Below are positions 30,320-39,940 of a stretch of DNA of 39,940 bases, in pieces. A program made the position numbers and the translations under genes. The notes under the pieces were generated by a model. That model was not told the DNA's origin. It saw only the letters and a list, made by a program, of their open reading frames with translations, and did not search any database. The DNA comes from Kofleriaceae bacterium (GTDB lineage: Bacteria; Myxococcota_A; Polyangia; Haliangiales; Haliangiaceae): positions 1-39,940 of the forward strand of contig JBKJLC010000020.1 of NCBI GenBank assembly GCA_046597055.1. The letters are read 5' to 3'. How positions within the stretch are numbered: the stretch's first letter is position 1; every line of letters starts with the position of its first letter.

Positions 30320-32131
30320 ATGGACATCGGTCCTGCTGCAGCGCTCGGGCCCAGCGCCCGGACCGTGCTGGCCCGCCGCTACCTGCGCGGGGGCGAGACC
30401 CCGGATCAGATGTTCGACCGGGTCGCGGCGGCGATCGCCGGCGCCGAGGCCGCCTTTGGCGCCGGGCCGGACGAGATCGCCGCGTGGACCGCGCGCTTCG
30501 CCGCGCGCATGAAGGCGCTCGAGCTGCTGCCCAACTCGCCGACGCTCATGAACGCGGGCCGCGCGCTGGGCCAGCTGGCCGCGTGCTTCGTCGTGCCGGT
30601 CGAGGACTCGAGCCAGGCGATCTTCGCCGCGCTCGGCTGGGCCGCCGAGATCCAGAAGAGCGGCGGTGGCACTGGCTTCGGGTTCTCGCGGGTCCGACCG
30701 GCGGGCGCGCCGGTCGAGTCGACCGGGGGCGTGGCCGCCGGGCCGGTCGCGTTCATGCAAGTGTTCGACGCCGCCACCGAGGCGATCAAGCAGGGCGGCA
30801 CCCGGCGCGGCGCCAACATGGGCATCCTGCGGGTCGATCATCCCGACATCCTCGAGTTCATCGCGCTCAAGCTCGACCCGGCGCGGATGCGCAACTTCAA
30901 CCTGTCGGTCGCGGCCACCGACGAGTTCATGACGGCCGCGCTCGCCGGGCAGCCCTACCCGCTGCGCGACCCGCGCACCGGCGCCACCGTGCGCATGCTC
31001 GACGCGCGTCACGTCTTCGAGCTGATCGGCAACGCGGCCTGGACCTGCGGCGACCCGGGCCTGGTCTTCATCGATCGCATCGACGCCGACAACCCGACTC
31101 CCGGCCGCGGCGTGATCGAGGCGACCAACCCGTGCGGCGAGCAGCCGCTGCTGCCGTTCGAGGCATGCACGCTCGGCAGCATCGATCTCGGCAAGTTCAT
31201 CAGCGACGGCGCGATCGCCTGGGACCGCCTGCGCGGCGCGATCCACGACGGTGTCCGCTTCCTCGACAACGTGGTCGAGGTCAACCGCTACCCGCTGCCG
31301 CAGATCGCGGCTGCAACCCGGGCCACCCGCAAGATCGGGCTGGGCGTGATGGGGCTCGCCGACCTGCTGATCGAGCTTGGCGTGCCCTACGACGATCCGG
31401 GTGCGCTCGAGCTCGCCGGCGAGCTCGCCGCCTTCCTGGAGCACGAGTCGCTCGCGGCCTCGGCGGCCCTGGCCGAGGTTCGTGGGCCCTTCCCGGCGTT
31501 CGCGGGCTCGCGCTGGGACGTTCCCGGGCAGCCGCCGCTGCGCAACGCGACCACCACCACCGTCGCGCCGACCGGCACGATCAGCATCATCGCCGGCTGC
31601 TCGAGCGGCATCGAGCCGATCTACGCGGTGGCCTACCAGCGTCACGTCCTCGACGGCGAGGTGCTCTCGGAGCTGCACCCGGGGTTCGAACGCCGCGCGC
31701 GGGAACGCGGTCTGCTCGACGACGCGCTGCTGGCGCAGCTGCGCCTGCGCGGTCGGGTCCGCGGCCTGGCCGGGGTTCCGCCCGACCTCCAGGCCCTGTT
31801 CGCGACCGCCCACGACGTGCCGGTTGCCCATCACGTGCGCATGCAGGCGGTCTTCCAGCGGCACGTCCACGCCGCGGTGTCCAAGACGATCAACCTGCCA
31901 CACGACGCGACGCCGCTCGATATTCGTGGCGCCTACGAGCTCGCCTACCGGCTCGGCTGCAAGGGGATCACGGTCTTCCGCGACGGCTCGCGCGGCGCCC
32001 AGGTCCTCGCGTTCGGGACCGCGGTTGCGACCGCCGCCGCCGAGGATCCGTGCCCCGAGTGCGGTGCCGGGCTCACCCGCACCGCTGGCTGCCGCGCCTG
32101 TACCCGCTGTGGCTGGTCGGCCTGCGGGTAG
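30320..32131 (+). CDS. nrdJ: Class II adenosylcobalamin-dependent ribonucleotide reductase
   Basis: PNSPTLMNAG, AACFV, GGGTG, QGGTRRGANM, NFNLSV, TNPCGEQPL, APTGTISII, SSGIEP, SKTINL, KGITVFRDGSR; C-terminal Cys ribbon. Confidence 0.95.
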   Translation: MDIGPAAALGPSARTVLARRYLRGGETPDQMFDRVAAAIAGAEAAFGAGPDEIAAWTARFAARMKALELLPNSPTLMNAGRALGQLAACFVVPVEDSSQAIFAALGWAAEIQKSGGGTGFGFSRVRPAGAPVESTGGVAAGPVAFMQVFDAATEAIKQGGTRRGANMGILRVDHPDILEFIALKLDPARMRNFNLSVAATDEFMTAALAGQPYPLRDPRTGATVRMLDARHVFELIGNAAWTCGDPGLVFIDRIDADNPTPGRGVIEATNPCGEQPLLPFEACTLGSIDLGKFISDGAIAWDRLRGAIHDGVRFLDNVVEVNRYPLPQIAAATRATRKIGLGVMGLADLLIELGVPYDDPGALELAGELAAFLEHESLAASAALAEVRGPFPAFAGSRWDVPGQPPLRNATTTTVAPTGTISIIAGCSSGIEPIYAVAYQRHVLDGEVLSELHPGFERRARERGLLDDALLAQLRLRGRVRGLAGVPPDLQALFATAHDVPVAHHVRMQAVFQRHVHAAVSKTINLPHDATPLDIRGAYELAYRLGCKGITVFRDGSRGAQVLAFGTAVATAAAEDPCPECGAGLTRTAGCRACTRCGWSACG

Positions 32132-32343
32132 CGCCGCGTCCACCGCCTGCAGCCGGTCGAGCTCCTCGGGTCCTCCACACATCGCCCGTGCGCACATGCC
32201 GCGGACACAGAGCAAGCGATGCGCCGGACGCCGCCGCGTGACGGCTCGCGGGCTTGCGCGTCGGCTGTCCGGGATCCGGACAACCCATGTCCGCTCGTCG
32301 TCCGCCCCGTCCCGATCCCGGACGGTGGGGGCTGCGGACCGCC

Positions 32344-32372
32344 GAAACGAACGAAGGCCCCTTGCGGGGCCT
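32344..32372 (-). terminator. Intrinsic terminator of the 32410-32805 gene
   Basis: Stem AGGCCCC/GGGGCCT with GCAA tetraloop on the minus strand, followed by TCGTTCGTTTC. Confidence 0.7.
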
Positions 32373-32409
32373 CCAGACCGGGGCTTTGCGCCCCCGAAAC
32401 GAAGCGAAT

Positions 32410-32805
32410 CTAGCGGCGGCGGCGCCGGCGAGCGGGACGCGGCGCGACCGCCGCGGTCTCCAGCTCCTCGAGGTGCTCGAGCATCTGGATCATGGTGTTG
32501 CGAGTGGCGGTGTGCGGCTCGTTGGTGATCGCGCGGCCCATGCCGATGCGAAGCTCGGCGCGGAGCTCCGACTCGATCAGGCGATAGGTCCGGAGGGCCT
32601 CCTCTGGATCGTAATGATTGAGATCCGCCTCACAACCGGTGGCGGCGATCCACACGGCAGCGAGTGCAGCGGCGCGCCGTCCCGGCGAGGAGAGCGCGAA
32701 TTCCTTGACCGTCGTCCGCAAGCGCGCGCGAACCAGGGTGACCGGTGGCAGTGCCACCAGCCCATCGTTGTCATCGTCAGGTCGGCGTAGGACTGGACGT
32801 GTCAT
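32410..32805 (-). CDS. Hypothetical helical protein with Arg-rich C-terminus
   Basis: 131-aa ORF with protein-like composition, purine-rich upstream sequence and downstream terminator. Confidence 0.7.
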   Translation of the reverse strand: MTRPVLRRPDDDNDGLVALPPVTLVRARLRTTVKEFALSSPGRRAAALAAVWIAATGCEADLNHYDPEEALRTYRLIESELRAELRIGMGRAITNEPHTATRNTMIQMLEHLEELETAAVAPRPARRRRRR

Positions 32806-32881
32806 CGTGCTTGGTCTCTTTCTCGGCTCGCCGCACGGCGACGAGCGTGGTCCATCCGCCGCTAAGCCCTCAATATGGCTA

Positions 32882-32899
32882 GTGCGACGGGAATCGCAC
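32882..32899. promoter_or_regulatory. Palindromic operator, CRP/FNR-family-like
   Basis: GTGCGA-N6-TCGCAC versus CRP consensus TGTGA-N6-TCACA, in an intergenic region. Confidence 0.45.
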
Positions 32900-33003
32900 C
32901 TTGCCTCAACCCAAACCGAATTGCCACGACTATTTACGGAAAAGGGCGCGCTGTGGACGGTGAGGGGGATCCCCCAAAACGCGTCACAAGGCATCCAAAC
33001 CGC

Positions 33004-33885
33004 TCAGCTTTCGGCGTCGATGCCGTCGGCCAAGAACTCCATGATCCGAGCGTCGATCTCGGCCGGTCGCTCGATCGGAGCCGTGTGGGAGCCGTCCGCG
33101 ATCTCCATCATTAGTGCCCCTGGGATTCGGGTCGCCATGTCCCGACTGAGCACTGGGGGCGTGAAGCCATCGCGGGCCCCGGCGACCACCAGCACCGGCA
33201 CGTCAATGGCCCCGAGGTAGGCCTCCGCGCTGTGCTGACCAGCTGCGGCCAGGATTGCCAGGAACACGCGGAGGTCCATCCGCGCCAGGCCCTCGAGGTA
33301 CGGCATGAAGTCGTCGGGCTGGACCAGGTGACGGTTGATCTCGAGGCGGCCGGCGATCGCCATCGACAGCCGCGTGGGCAAGAGCGCGCGCGCGATGCCG
33401 TTCACCACCCGCGGCGCCTTCATGATGGTCCGCTCGACCAGCGGCAGGAGGTCCTCGAGCGTCCGGACACCGCGGAACGTCCGCAGCGGATGTGACGGCG
33501 CCCCGCACACGAGCACCAGTCCGGCGACCCGGTCAGGGTGCCGGTGCCAGGTCTCGAGGGCGACCTGGACCCCCATGGAATGTCCGGTGAGCACGGCGCG
33601 GGAGATCGCCGCGTCGTCGAGCACGGCGACGAGGTCGTCGGCGAGATCGGCGACGGTCACCCGCGCTGGGTCGCGTGGGGGCTGGGAGCGACCATGCCCC
33701 CGATACTGGGCGTGCAAGGTCCGCCGGGGCGCCAGCGCCGGCCTGAGGTATCGCCAGATGTACCCGTCGCAGCCGATCCCGTCGCACAACACCACCGGTG
33801 TGCGCGGGTCCCCACGATCGTCATCACTGTAGAAGAGGCGGGTGCCGTCAGACGGCGAGGCCGCATACCCCCAGCGCTCACCCAT
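33004..33885 (-). CDS. Alpha/beta fold hydrolase
   Basis: YRGHGRS, nucleophile elbow GHSMG, GARDGFTP, GSHTAPIE. Confidence 0.92.
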   Translation of the reverse strand: MGERWGYAASPSDGTRLFYSDDDRGDPRTPVVLCDGIGCDGYIWRYLRPALAPRRTLHAQYRGHGRSQPPRDPARVTVADLADDLVAVLDDAAISRAVLTGHSMGVQVALETWHRHPDRVAGLVLVCGAPSHPLRTFRGVRTLEDLLPLVERTIMKAPRVVNGIARALLPTRLSMAIAGRLEINRHLVQPDDFMPYLEGLARMDLRVFLAILAAAGQHSAEAYLGAIDVPVLVVAGARDGFTPPVLSRDMATRIPGALMMEIADGSHTAPIERPAEIDARIMEFLADGIDAES

Positions 33886-33950
33886 GCGCTGATCCCCAGC
33901 CTCTTGCTACCGCCACCGCCGCGACGCGTCCCGTGACGCGTCGCTGCGGG

Positions 33951-34151
<201 letters not shown>

Positions 34152-34321
34152 CTTGCAACCGATTCTCGCGGCCCCACCTACACTGTGTCAAGGCATCCAC
34201 CCATGTCGGGGCATACGTCTTGGGGGTTGAAAGCCGTCGGGTTCCTCACTATGGTAGCCGGCCTTTGAAAACCCCACCCGGGGATGGCTCCGGGGTTACG
34301 CAGGAAACAGGGGGCACCCGA

Positions 34322-34726
34322 GTGTCGACTTCTTCCTCTGCTGCTGTATCCGTTGCCAAGCCGCTCACGAAGCGGGAGCTGCTGAAATTTCGCGAACTTC
34401 TCGACGAGAAGAAGCGCGGCGTTCTCGATCGGGCGCGCAAGACGCTGACCGAGGACATGATGCTCGATCCGAGCGATCTGCCGGATGAGATGGACCTGGC
34501 GTCTGCGGAGTACACGCAGTCGTTCGAGTTCCGCCTTCGGGGCCGCGACAAGGCGCTCCTCAACAAGCTCGACCTCGCGCTCAAAAAAATCGACGACGGC
34601 ACCTTCGGTCAGTGCGAGACGTGCGAGGAGCCGATCGGAAAGAAGCGCCTGGAGGCGCGTCCCGAGACCGGCCTCTGCATCAAGTGCAAGGAAGATCAGG
34701 AGCGCGACGAGCGCACCTTCGGTTGA
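34322..34726 (+). CDS. dksA: DksA/TraR C4 zinc-finger RNA polymerase-binding factor
   Basis: Coiled-coil tip DEMDLA (DxxDxA), CETC...RLEARP...CIKC; start inferred. Confidence 0.9.
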   Translation: MSTSSSAAVSVAKPLTKRELLKFRELLDEKKRGVLDRARKTLTEDMMLDPSDLPDEMDLASAEYTQSFEFRLRGRDKALLNKLDLALKKIDDGTFGQCETCEEPIGKKRLEARPETGLCIKCKEDQERDERTFG

Positions 34727-34744
34727 TGGTGTTAGCGTCGCCGG

Positions 34745-35335
34745 GTGGCTGACGACCCGCCTGGTTCTCCGGTTCCGCGGCCGAGTGTCGCGTCTGATGA
34801 GGCGTCACCGATTGACGCAGACGATCCCGGCCGTCGCCGTTTTCTGAAGATCGCGACGTGCGCGCTGGGTGGCGGGGTCGGCGCCGCGGTGCTGCTCCCC
34901 GCCGCGCGGTACGTGCTCTATCCGATCGGACGGCGCACCGTCACGGCCGCAGCCGAGCCGATCGACGCAATCGCGCTCGACGCGCTGGGGCCGATCCCGA
35001 CCCGGGTGCCGCTGATCGCGCGCTCGGTGCGCGACGCTTGGTCGGCCACGGTCGACGTTCCGCTCGGCGCTGCATGGGTTCGGCGCGACGCACAAGGCCA
35101 GGTTCACGCGCTCTCGGCGGTGTGCCCACACCTCGGCTGCGCGATCGGCTTCGACGGTGGCGCCGGCGAGTATCGCTGCCCCTGCCATGAGAGCGCGTTC
35201 GCTGCGAGCGGCGATCGCTTGCGCGGACCTTCGGAGCGCGGCCTCGATCCGCTCGCGACGGTGGTCGAGGGTGATCGCGTGAAGATCACGTGGGTGCGGT
35301 ACCGGGTCGGTGGCGCGGCGCGCGAGCCGAGCTGA
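34745..35335 (+). CDS. Rieske 2Fe-2S subunit of a bc-type complex
   Basis: Tat motif GRRRFLK, TM helix, CPHLGC and CPCH boxes. Confidence 0.93.
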   Translation: MADDPPGSPVPRPSVASDEASPIDADDPGRRRFLKIATCALGGGVGAAVLLPAARYVLYPIGRRTVTAAAEPIDAIALDALGPIPTRVPLIARSVRDAWSATVDVPLGAAWVRRDAQGQVHALSAVCPHLGCAIGFDGGAGEYRCPCHESAFAASGDRLRGPSERGLDPLATVVEGDRVKITWVRYRVGGAAREPS

Positions 35336-37059
35336 TGAGCATGCGGGGCTGGCTCGACGATCGCACCGGATACCGGCGGGCGTGGCGCGTGGCGCTCGAG
35401 CAGCCGGTGCTCGGCGGCGCGTCGTTCGCCTACGTCATGGGCTCGGTGGTGGTGTTCCTGCTGGCGCTCCAGGCGACCACCGGGGCGCTGCTCTCCTTCT
35501 ATTACAGCCCGTCGGCGACCGACGCGTGGGCCTCGGTCGCGTACCTCGAGGATGAGGTCACGCTCGGCTGGTTCATCCGCGGCCTGCACCACCATGGCGC
35601 GTCGGCGCTGGTGATCGCGCTCGGCCTGCACATGCTCCAGGTGATCGTGTGGGGCGGGTACAAGAAGCCACGGGAGATGAGCTGGTGGCTCGGCGTGCTG
35701 CTGCTGCTCCTGATCCTGGCGTTCGCGCTGACCGGCGATCTGTTGCCGTGGGACCAAGGCGGCTACTGGGCGAGCAAGGTCCGGATCGGGTACGTCGCGG
35801 CGACCCCGGGCGGCGCGCAGGTCCAGGCCGGCGTGCAGGCCGGCAACGACTTCGGCAACCTGACGCTCACCCGCTTCCATGCGCTCCACGTGCTCGTGCT
35901 GCCGGCGGTGACGCTGGCGCTGGTCGCGGTCCGCATGCTGCTGCACCGCAAGCACGGCGTGACCACCCGGTGGGGCCGTGGCGCTGCCGAGCTCACGCGC
36001 GCCACCCAACCGTACTGGCCGCACCAGGCCTTCCGCGACGCGATCTCGATGGCGCTCGCGCTCGCCGCGCTGATCGCGTGGACGGTCCACACCGGCGGCG
36101 CCGGATTGGGGGCGCCGGCGGATCCGTCGGCGAGCTTCGACGCCCGTCCGGCCTGGTTCGAGCGCTCGTTGTTCCAGCTCGTGCGGATGGTGCCGAGCTC
36201 GGTCGAGGCGCTGGTCGCGCTGCTCGCGCCGCTGGTCGGCGGCGGGGCGCTGATCATGTTGCCGCTGATCGACCGCGGCCCCGATCGCAGCCCGCGCCGG
36301 CGCGCGTGGTTGATCGCGCTGGTCGCGGCCGGGGTCGGTGGGATCGCCGCGCTGACGGTCATGTCGTACCGCGCCGACGCCGCCGATCCGGACTTCGTGC
36401 AGGGCCAGGCCGCGTCGGCGAAGCTGGCCCGCCGCGCGCGCGCGCTGGCCAAGGAGCACGGCGTGCCGGCCGCCGGCGGCACCGCCGTGTACACGACCGC
36501 GCCGTTCTATCGGGCGCGCACGCTGTGGGCCGCGAGCTGCGCGGGATGCCACGAGGGCGACGAGCGCAAGGGGCCGGCGATCGGGCCCGGCTACAACGGG
36601 CGCGCCTGGATCCGCGGGTTCCTCCAGGCCCCGTCGGGCGACGCCTACTTCGGCCGCACCAAGCTCGGCAAATCCGACGAGGCGATGCCCGTGGCCGAGG
36701 CGACACCAGCCGAGCTCGACGATCTGGTCGAGCTGATCTACGCCGAGACCGGCGCGGCCGACGTCGACCCGGCCCGGGTGGCGCGCGGGGCTGCGCTGTT
36801 CGACAACGGCCCGTGCGCCGACTGCCATGAGCGGACCGGCGTGGAGCCGTCGAGCGGCCCCAACCTCGCCGGCCGCGGCTCGATCGCCCACCTGACCGCG
36901 CTGGTCGCGGACGCCGGGGTGGCGCGGTTCTTCGGGGCCCACGACGAGATGCCACGCTTCGCCGACGAGCTGGGGCCGGCCGATCTGCGGATGCTTGCCG
37001 AGTGGCTGATCTGGCTGCGCGACGCGACTCCGGACGATCTCCAGCGCCTCGACCCGTGA
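35335..37059 (+). CDS. Cytochrome b (b6 + subunit IV-like) fused to a diheme cytochrome c
   Basis: GWFIRGLHHHGAS...LHMLQ, YKKPRE..W, LLPWDQ..YWA, TLTRFHALH; two CxxCH (CAGCH, CADCH); TGATG overlap with the Rieske gene. Confidence 0.92.
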   Translation: MSMRGWLDDRTGYRRAWRVALEQPVLGGASFAYVMGSVVVFLLALQATTGALLSFYYSPSATDAWASVAYLEDEVTLGWFIRGLHHHGASALVIALGLHMLQVIVWGGYKKPREMSWWLGVLLLLLILAFALTGDLLPWDQGGYWASKVRIGYVAATPGGAQVQAGVQAGNDFGNLTLTRFHALHVLVLPAVTLALVAVRMLLHRKHGVTTRWGRGAAELTRATQPYWPHQAFRDAISMALALAALIAWTVHTGGAGLGAPADPSASFDARPAWFERSLFQLVRMVPSSVEALVALLAPLVGGGALIMLPLIDRGPDRSPRRRAWLIALVAAGVGGIAALTVMSYRADAADPDFVQGQAASAKLARRARALAKEHGVPAAGGTAVYTTAPFYRARTLWAASCAGCHEGDERKGPAIGPGYNGRAWIRGFLQAPSGDAYFGRTKLGKSDEAMPVAEATPAELDDLVELIYAETGAADVDPARVARGAALFDNGPCADCHERTGVEPSSGPNLAGRGSIAHLTALVADAGVARFFGAHDEMPRFADELGPADLRMLAEWLIWLRDATPDDLQRLDP

Positions 37060-37101
37060 TCGCGGGCACATCGCCGCGGCAACCCTGCGGAACTCGCTAC
37101 G

Positions 37102-37130
37102 TTGACTTGCCGCGGTTGCCCGCCAATACT
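37102..37130 (+). promoter_or_regulatory. Putative sigma70 promoter of the WxxGxW-repeat gene
   Basis: TTGACT-N17-AATACT; SD-like AAGGAG before ATG 37233. Confidence 0.5.
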
Positions 37131-37232
37131 GCGGTTGAAACTTTCTCGGACCTGGCCGTCCAAAGATGGTTCCAGCCCGCCCACGAGCTGTTCAGGCAGT
37201 CCGGCTGGCGACGTATACAAGGAGACTAGAGA

Positions 37233-38009
37233 ATGAACCGTACAACGAAGATTCTTGCGACCTTCGGGCTCGCGCTCGGCATCAGCATCAGCGCTGGTGG
37301 CTGCATGGTCAGCGCGCAGGGGCGCATGCGGGGCGGCGCCGTCGTCGCTTACGAGGAGCCCCCGCCGCCGCAGCAGGAGACGGTCGAATACCGCTCCGGC
37401 TTCGTCTGGGTGAAGGGGCGCCACGAGTGGCAGAACGGCCGCTGGGTGTGGGCGTCCGGTCGCTGGGAGCGCGAGCGCTCTGGCTACGCGTGGCAGGACG
37501 GTCGGTGGGAGCAGCGCAATGGCAGCTGGCACTGGATCGACGGCCAGTGGATCGTCGGCGGGAGCGCCACCGTCCACGGCGGCGGCCATCACGACCACGG
37601 CGACCGCGGCCGCGTCCGCGATCACCGCGGCGATGGCGGCTACCAGGGCGGCGCGCCGCTCGGCTCGACCGCGACCAACCCCGACGGCAGTGGTGTCGGC
37701 GTGGTCGTCGGTGGTGGGCAGGTCAACGTGAACGTGCACGGTCCGTCCCAGGCGCCGCCGCCGATGCGCGTCGAGAGCCCGGGCGCCTCGCGCCGCGGCT
37801 TCGTGTGGGTCAACGGGTACTACGAATGGCGCGGCAACGCGTACACGTGGATCCCCGGCCACTGGGAGCGCGAGAAGGCGAACCAGGTGTGGTTCGACGG
37901 GCGCTGGGAGCAGCAGGGCACTGTCTACGTCTGGTTCCCCGGCGAGTGGCGGGTCCGCGGCTCGGTCCAGGGCCAGACCAACGGCACGGTCGATCGCCGC
38001 ACGCACTGA
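37233..38009 (+). CDS. WxxGxW (YXWGXW) repeat lipoprotein
   Basis: Signal ending AGGC; two blocks of WVxGxW repeats, each preceded by PPP, joined by a His/Gly-rich linker. Confidence 0.88.
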   Translation: MNRTTKILATFGLALGISISAGGCMVSAQGRMRGGAVVAYEEPPPPQQETVEYRSGFVWVKGRHEWQNGRWVWASGRWERERSGYAWQDGRWEQRNGSWHWIDGQWIVGGSATVHGGGHHDHGDRGRVRDHRGDGGYQGGAPLGSTATNPDGSGVGVVVGGGQVNVNVHGPSQAPPPMRVESPGASRRGFVWVNGYYEWRGNAYTWIPGHWEREKANQVWFDGRWEQQGTVYVWFPGEWRVRGSVQGQTNGTVDRRTH

Positions 38010-38036
38010 CGCGCGATCGTTCCACGACTCGATGAA

Positions 38037-38068
38037 GCAGGCGCCGCGCGAGCGGCGCTTGCCGTTTT
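38037..38068 (+). terminator. Intrinsic terminator
   Basis: Stem GCAGGCGCCGC/GCGGCGCTTGC with GCGA loop, followed by CGTTTT. Confidence 0.75.
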
Positions 38069-38159
38069 CGGTCGGTGGCGCTCGTTCGGATCGAGCTGCT
38101 CGGTGGCCGTGCTGCCCTTGGACCAACACGAGTCCGACGATGCGGGTCGGAACGCTGGA

Positions 38160-39227
38160 TCAGGCGGCGACCCGGTCGCCTTCCAGGATCACGCGGGCGC
38201 GCCGCATCGACAGCCAGATCTCGTCGCCAGGGCGCAGGCCGAGCGCGTCGGCCCGGCGGCGGTCGAGCTCGGCGTGAACCGGGCCGTCGATGCCGGCGAC
38301 CGCGACCTCGACCCGGAGCACCGAGCCGAGCGGGGTCAGCCGCACCACGGTGGCGGCGACGTCGACCGGCCGCGGGACCCGGGTCAGCTCGACCTCGTGC
38401 GGTCGGATATAGACCCGGGCCGGCCGCTCGCCGACGCCGGCCGGGGCCGGGGTGTCGAGGTCGAGCCGGGTGTTGCCGAGGTGGGCCTGACCGTCGCTGA
38501 CCCGGCCCGGCAGGATGTTGACCTGGCCAAGGAAGCGGATCACGAAGTCCGAGGCCGGGTGATCGAAGACCTCGGCCGGGCTGCCGACCTGCTCGATCTT
38601 GCCGTGGTTCATCACCACCACCCGGTCGCTGACCTCGAAGGCCTCTTCCTGGTCATGGGTGACGAAGACGGTGGTGACCTCGATCTCGTCGTGGAGGCGG
38701 CGCAGCCAGCGGCGCAGCTCCTGGCGGACCTGGGCATCGAGCGCGCCAAACGGCTCGTCGAGCAGGAGGATCCGGGGTGCGGCGGCGAGCGCGCGGGCCA
38801 GCGCGACCCGCTGGCGCTGGCCACCCGACAGCTGCGATGGCATGCGGTGGCCGAGGCCCTCGAGCTGGACCAGGCGGAGGAGCTCGGTGACGCGCGCCTT
38901 GATGTCGGCGCGGGTGCGGCCGCGCACCTTGAGCGCGAACGCGACGTTGTCGAACACGTCCATGTGCCGGAACAGCGCGTAGTGCTGGAAGACCAGGCCC
39001 ACGTTGCGGTCGCGGGCGCGCTGCTTGATGAGGTCGACGCCCTCGTGGCGGACCTGGCCGTGGTCGGGGTTCTCGAGCCCGGCCAGGATACGGAGCAGCG
39101 TGGTCTTGCCCGAGCCCGACGGCCCGAGCAAGGCGACCAGCTCGCCGGACGGGATCTCGACGCTGACGTTGTCGAGCGCCACGAAGTTGCCGAAGCGCTT
39201 GCCGACGTTCTCGACGGTGATCGTCAT
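38160..39227 (-). CDS. cysA: Sulfate/thiosulfate ABC transporter ATP-binding protein
   Basis: [53 protein letters not shown]-terminal TOBE-like region; follows cysW. Confidence 0.93.
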   Translation of the reverse strand: MTITVENVGKRFGNFVALDNVSVEIPSGELVALLGPSGSGKTTLLRILAGLENPDHGQVRHEGVDLIKQRARDRNVGLVFQHYALFRHMDVFDNVAFALKVRGRTRADIKARVTELLRLVQLEGLGHRMPSQLSGGQRQRVALARALAAAPRILLLDEPFGALDAQVRQELRRWLRRLHDEIEVTTVFVTHDQEEAFEVSDRVVVMNHGKIEQVGSPAEVFDHPASDFVIRFLGQVNILPGRVSDGQAHLGNTRLDLDTPAPAGVGERPARVYIRPHEVELTRVPRPVDVAATVVRLTPLGSVLRVEVAVAGIDGPVHAELDRRRADALGLRPGDEIWLSMRRARVILEGDRVAA

Positions 39228-39940
39228 GGGGCGTTCTCCGGAAGGATGAGGCTGGACGCGGCCGGCAGCTCGGTCGCGAGCGGCAGGCGGCCGGCGGGCT
39301 CGTCGGCGCGCGCCGCCTCGTTCTGGGCGCGGTGGGCGCGGTGCTCGACCACCCGCTTGGCGGCCAGGGTGGCGAACGCGAGCACCAGCAGCAGCGAGGC
39401 CACCGCGAACGCGGCCGCGTAGTTGTACTCGTTGTAGAGGATCTCGACGTGGAGCGGCACCGTGTTGGTGCGGCCGCGGATGTGGCCCGACACCACCGAG
39501 ACCGCGCCGAACTCGCCCATCGCGCGCGCGTTGCAGAGGATGACGCCGTAGAGCAGCCCCCACTTGATCTTGGGCAGGGTGACCCACCAGAACATCTGCC
39601 AGCCGCTGGCGCCGAGCACGATCGCGGCCTCTTCTTCCTCCGCGCCCTGGGCTTCCATCACCGGGATCAGCTCGCGGGCGACGAACGGGAAGGTGACGAA
39701 CACGGTCGCCAGCACGATGCCGGGCAGGGCGAAGATCACCTTGAGGTCGTGCTCGGCGAGCAGCGGCCCGAGCAACCCGTGGGCGCCGAACAGCAGCACG
39801 AACACCATGCCGGAGATGACCGGCGACACCGCGAACGGCAGGTCGATGAGCGTGAGCAGCACCGCGCGGCCGCGGAAGCGGAAGCGGGCGATCGCCCACG
39901 ACGCCGCCACGCCGAACACCAGGTTGAGCGGCACCGCGAT
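39224..39940 (-). CDS. cysW: Sulfate ABC transporter permease CysW (5'-truncated by window edge)
   Basis: [56 protein letters not shown]. Confidence 0.95.
   Translation of the reverse strand: MAVPLNLVFGVAASWAIARFRFRGRAVLLTLIDLPFAVSPVISGMVFVLLFGAHGLLGPLLAEHDLKVIFALPGIVLATVFVTFPFVARELIPVMEAQGAEEEEAAIVLGASGWQMFWWVTLPKIKWGLLYGVILCNARAMGEFGAVSVVSGHIRGRTNTVPLHVEILYNEYNYAAAFAVASLLLVLAFATLAAKRVVEHRAHRAQNEAARADEPAGRLPLATELPAASSLILPENAP

Noticed and set aside
32132..32409. Possible ncRNA, cobalamin riboswitch or hammerhead downstream of nrdJ (repeated GAAACGAA, several hairpins)
   Set aside because: No B12 box or CUGANGA core; lies 3' of both flanking genes and is explained by terminator hairpins with TTCGTTT tails

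Overview
Very GC-rich bacterial chromosome segment that looks like Myxococcota (inferred from a MYXO-CTERM protein, a TIGR04563-type small protein, Cys-rich DxDCDG repeat proteins and Hanks-type kinases). Housekeeping genes are gap, pgk, tpiA, secG, dapF, yebC, nrdJ, dksA, cysA/cysW and a polar amino-acid ABC transporter. The usually contiguous gap-pgk-tpiA-secG cluster is split by signalling genes: a divergent pair made of a GGDEF + Ser/Thr kinase fusion and a globin-like/PAS/His-kinase/REC/REC/EAL hybrid, plus a separate membrane Ser/Thr kinase. Also present are a two-gene Cys-rich surface system (VWA + repeats + MYXO-CTERM; lipoprotein + repeats + FGE/CLec domain) followed by a perfect 20-bp hairpin, a PilZ protein, a Rieske/cytochrome b-diheme c pair with substituted key residues, the 3' end of a Y1 (RAYT-like) transposase coupled to an ADP-ribosylglycohydrolase, sigma54 motifs and several apparently leaderless genes. 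No rRNA, tRNA or CRISPR array was seen. All calls come from motif reading only; no database searches were run.
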